Under the pieces are notes generated by a model, which worked only from the letters and a program-made list of their open reading frames with translations, ran no database searches and was not told the origin of the DNA. Below, one piece after another: positions 63,724 through 64,000 of a stretch of DNA of 64,000 nt. Location of the stretch: the NCBI RefSeq assembly GCF_006345805.1, contig NC_043022.1:21452001-21516000 (forward strand), read 5' to 3'. Positions within the stretch are counted from its first letter, which is position 1. Every line of letters starts with the position of its first letter. The DNA is from Octopus sinensis. Its lineage: Eukaryota. The translations under genes and the position numbers were made by a program.

Positions 63724-64000
63724 ATATATTTAAGAAAGAGCGAACCAACAGAATCATTAGCATGCCAGGCAAAATGCTTGCTGGCATTTCGTCCATCTTT
63801 ACATTCTGAGCTCAGATTACACCATGGTTGACTTTGCATTTCATCATTTTGCTGAACTTTTAAGTTACAAGGATGTAAACTCACCAAAACACAGACGCAA
63901 AGACACACACACACACACATACATGTATATACAATGGGCCTCCTACAGTTTCCTTCTACCAAATTCACTCACAAGGTTTTGGTAGAAGACATTTTCCAAG

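Overview
AT-rich, repeat-saturated eukaryotic DNA. The SINE, LINE and MITE families resemble, from recall, those of Octopus or a related coleoid cephalopod; this was not checked by a search. It reads as intronic or intergenic: I cannot identify a host protein-coding gene, rRNA, true tRNA or CRISPR array, and almost all ORFs in the track are microsatellite or SINE read-throughs. Contents: (i) dozens of tRNA-derived SINEs in at least five families; (ii) decayed coding fragments of RTE, CR1/L2, R4/Dong-like and CRE-like LINEs, a Gypsy integrase, Tc1/mariner transposases and a Helitron PIF1 helicase; (iii) non-autonomous DNA elements (two TTAA/piggyBac-type MITE families, hAT MITEs, a mariner-derived MITE, Helitrons); (iv) micro- and minisatellites, including a 24-bp array with a 480-bp higher-order repeat. 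The most interesting signal is a set of six type-I hammerhead-ribozyme-like motifs in five different sequence contexts (13805-13850 minus, 33735-33832 plus, about 37052-37097 and 37445-37490 minus, 39000-39037 plus, 39690-39724 plus). The one at 33735 has a fully intact core and an unusual branched stem II. The pair at 37052/37445 sits in a tandem repeat with a period of about 392 bp, the layout of Penelope-like or non-LTR retrozyme elements. All folds were paired by eye and ribozyme activity is untested.
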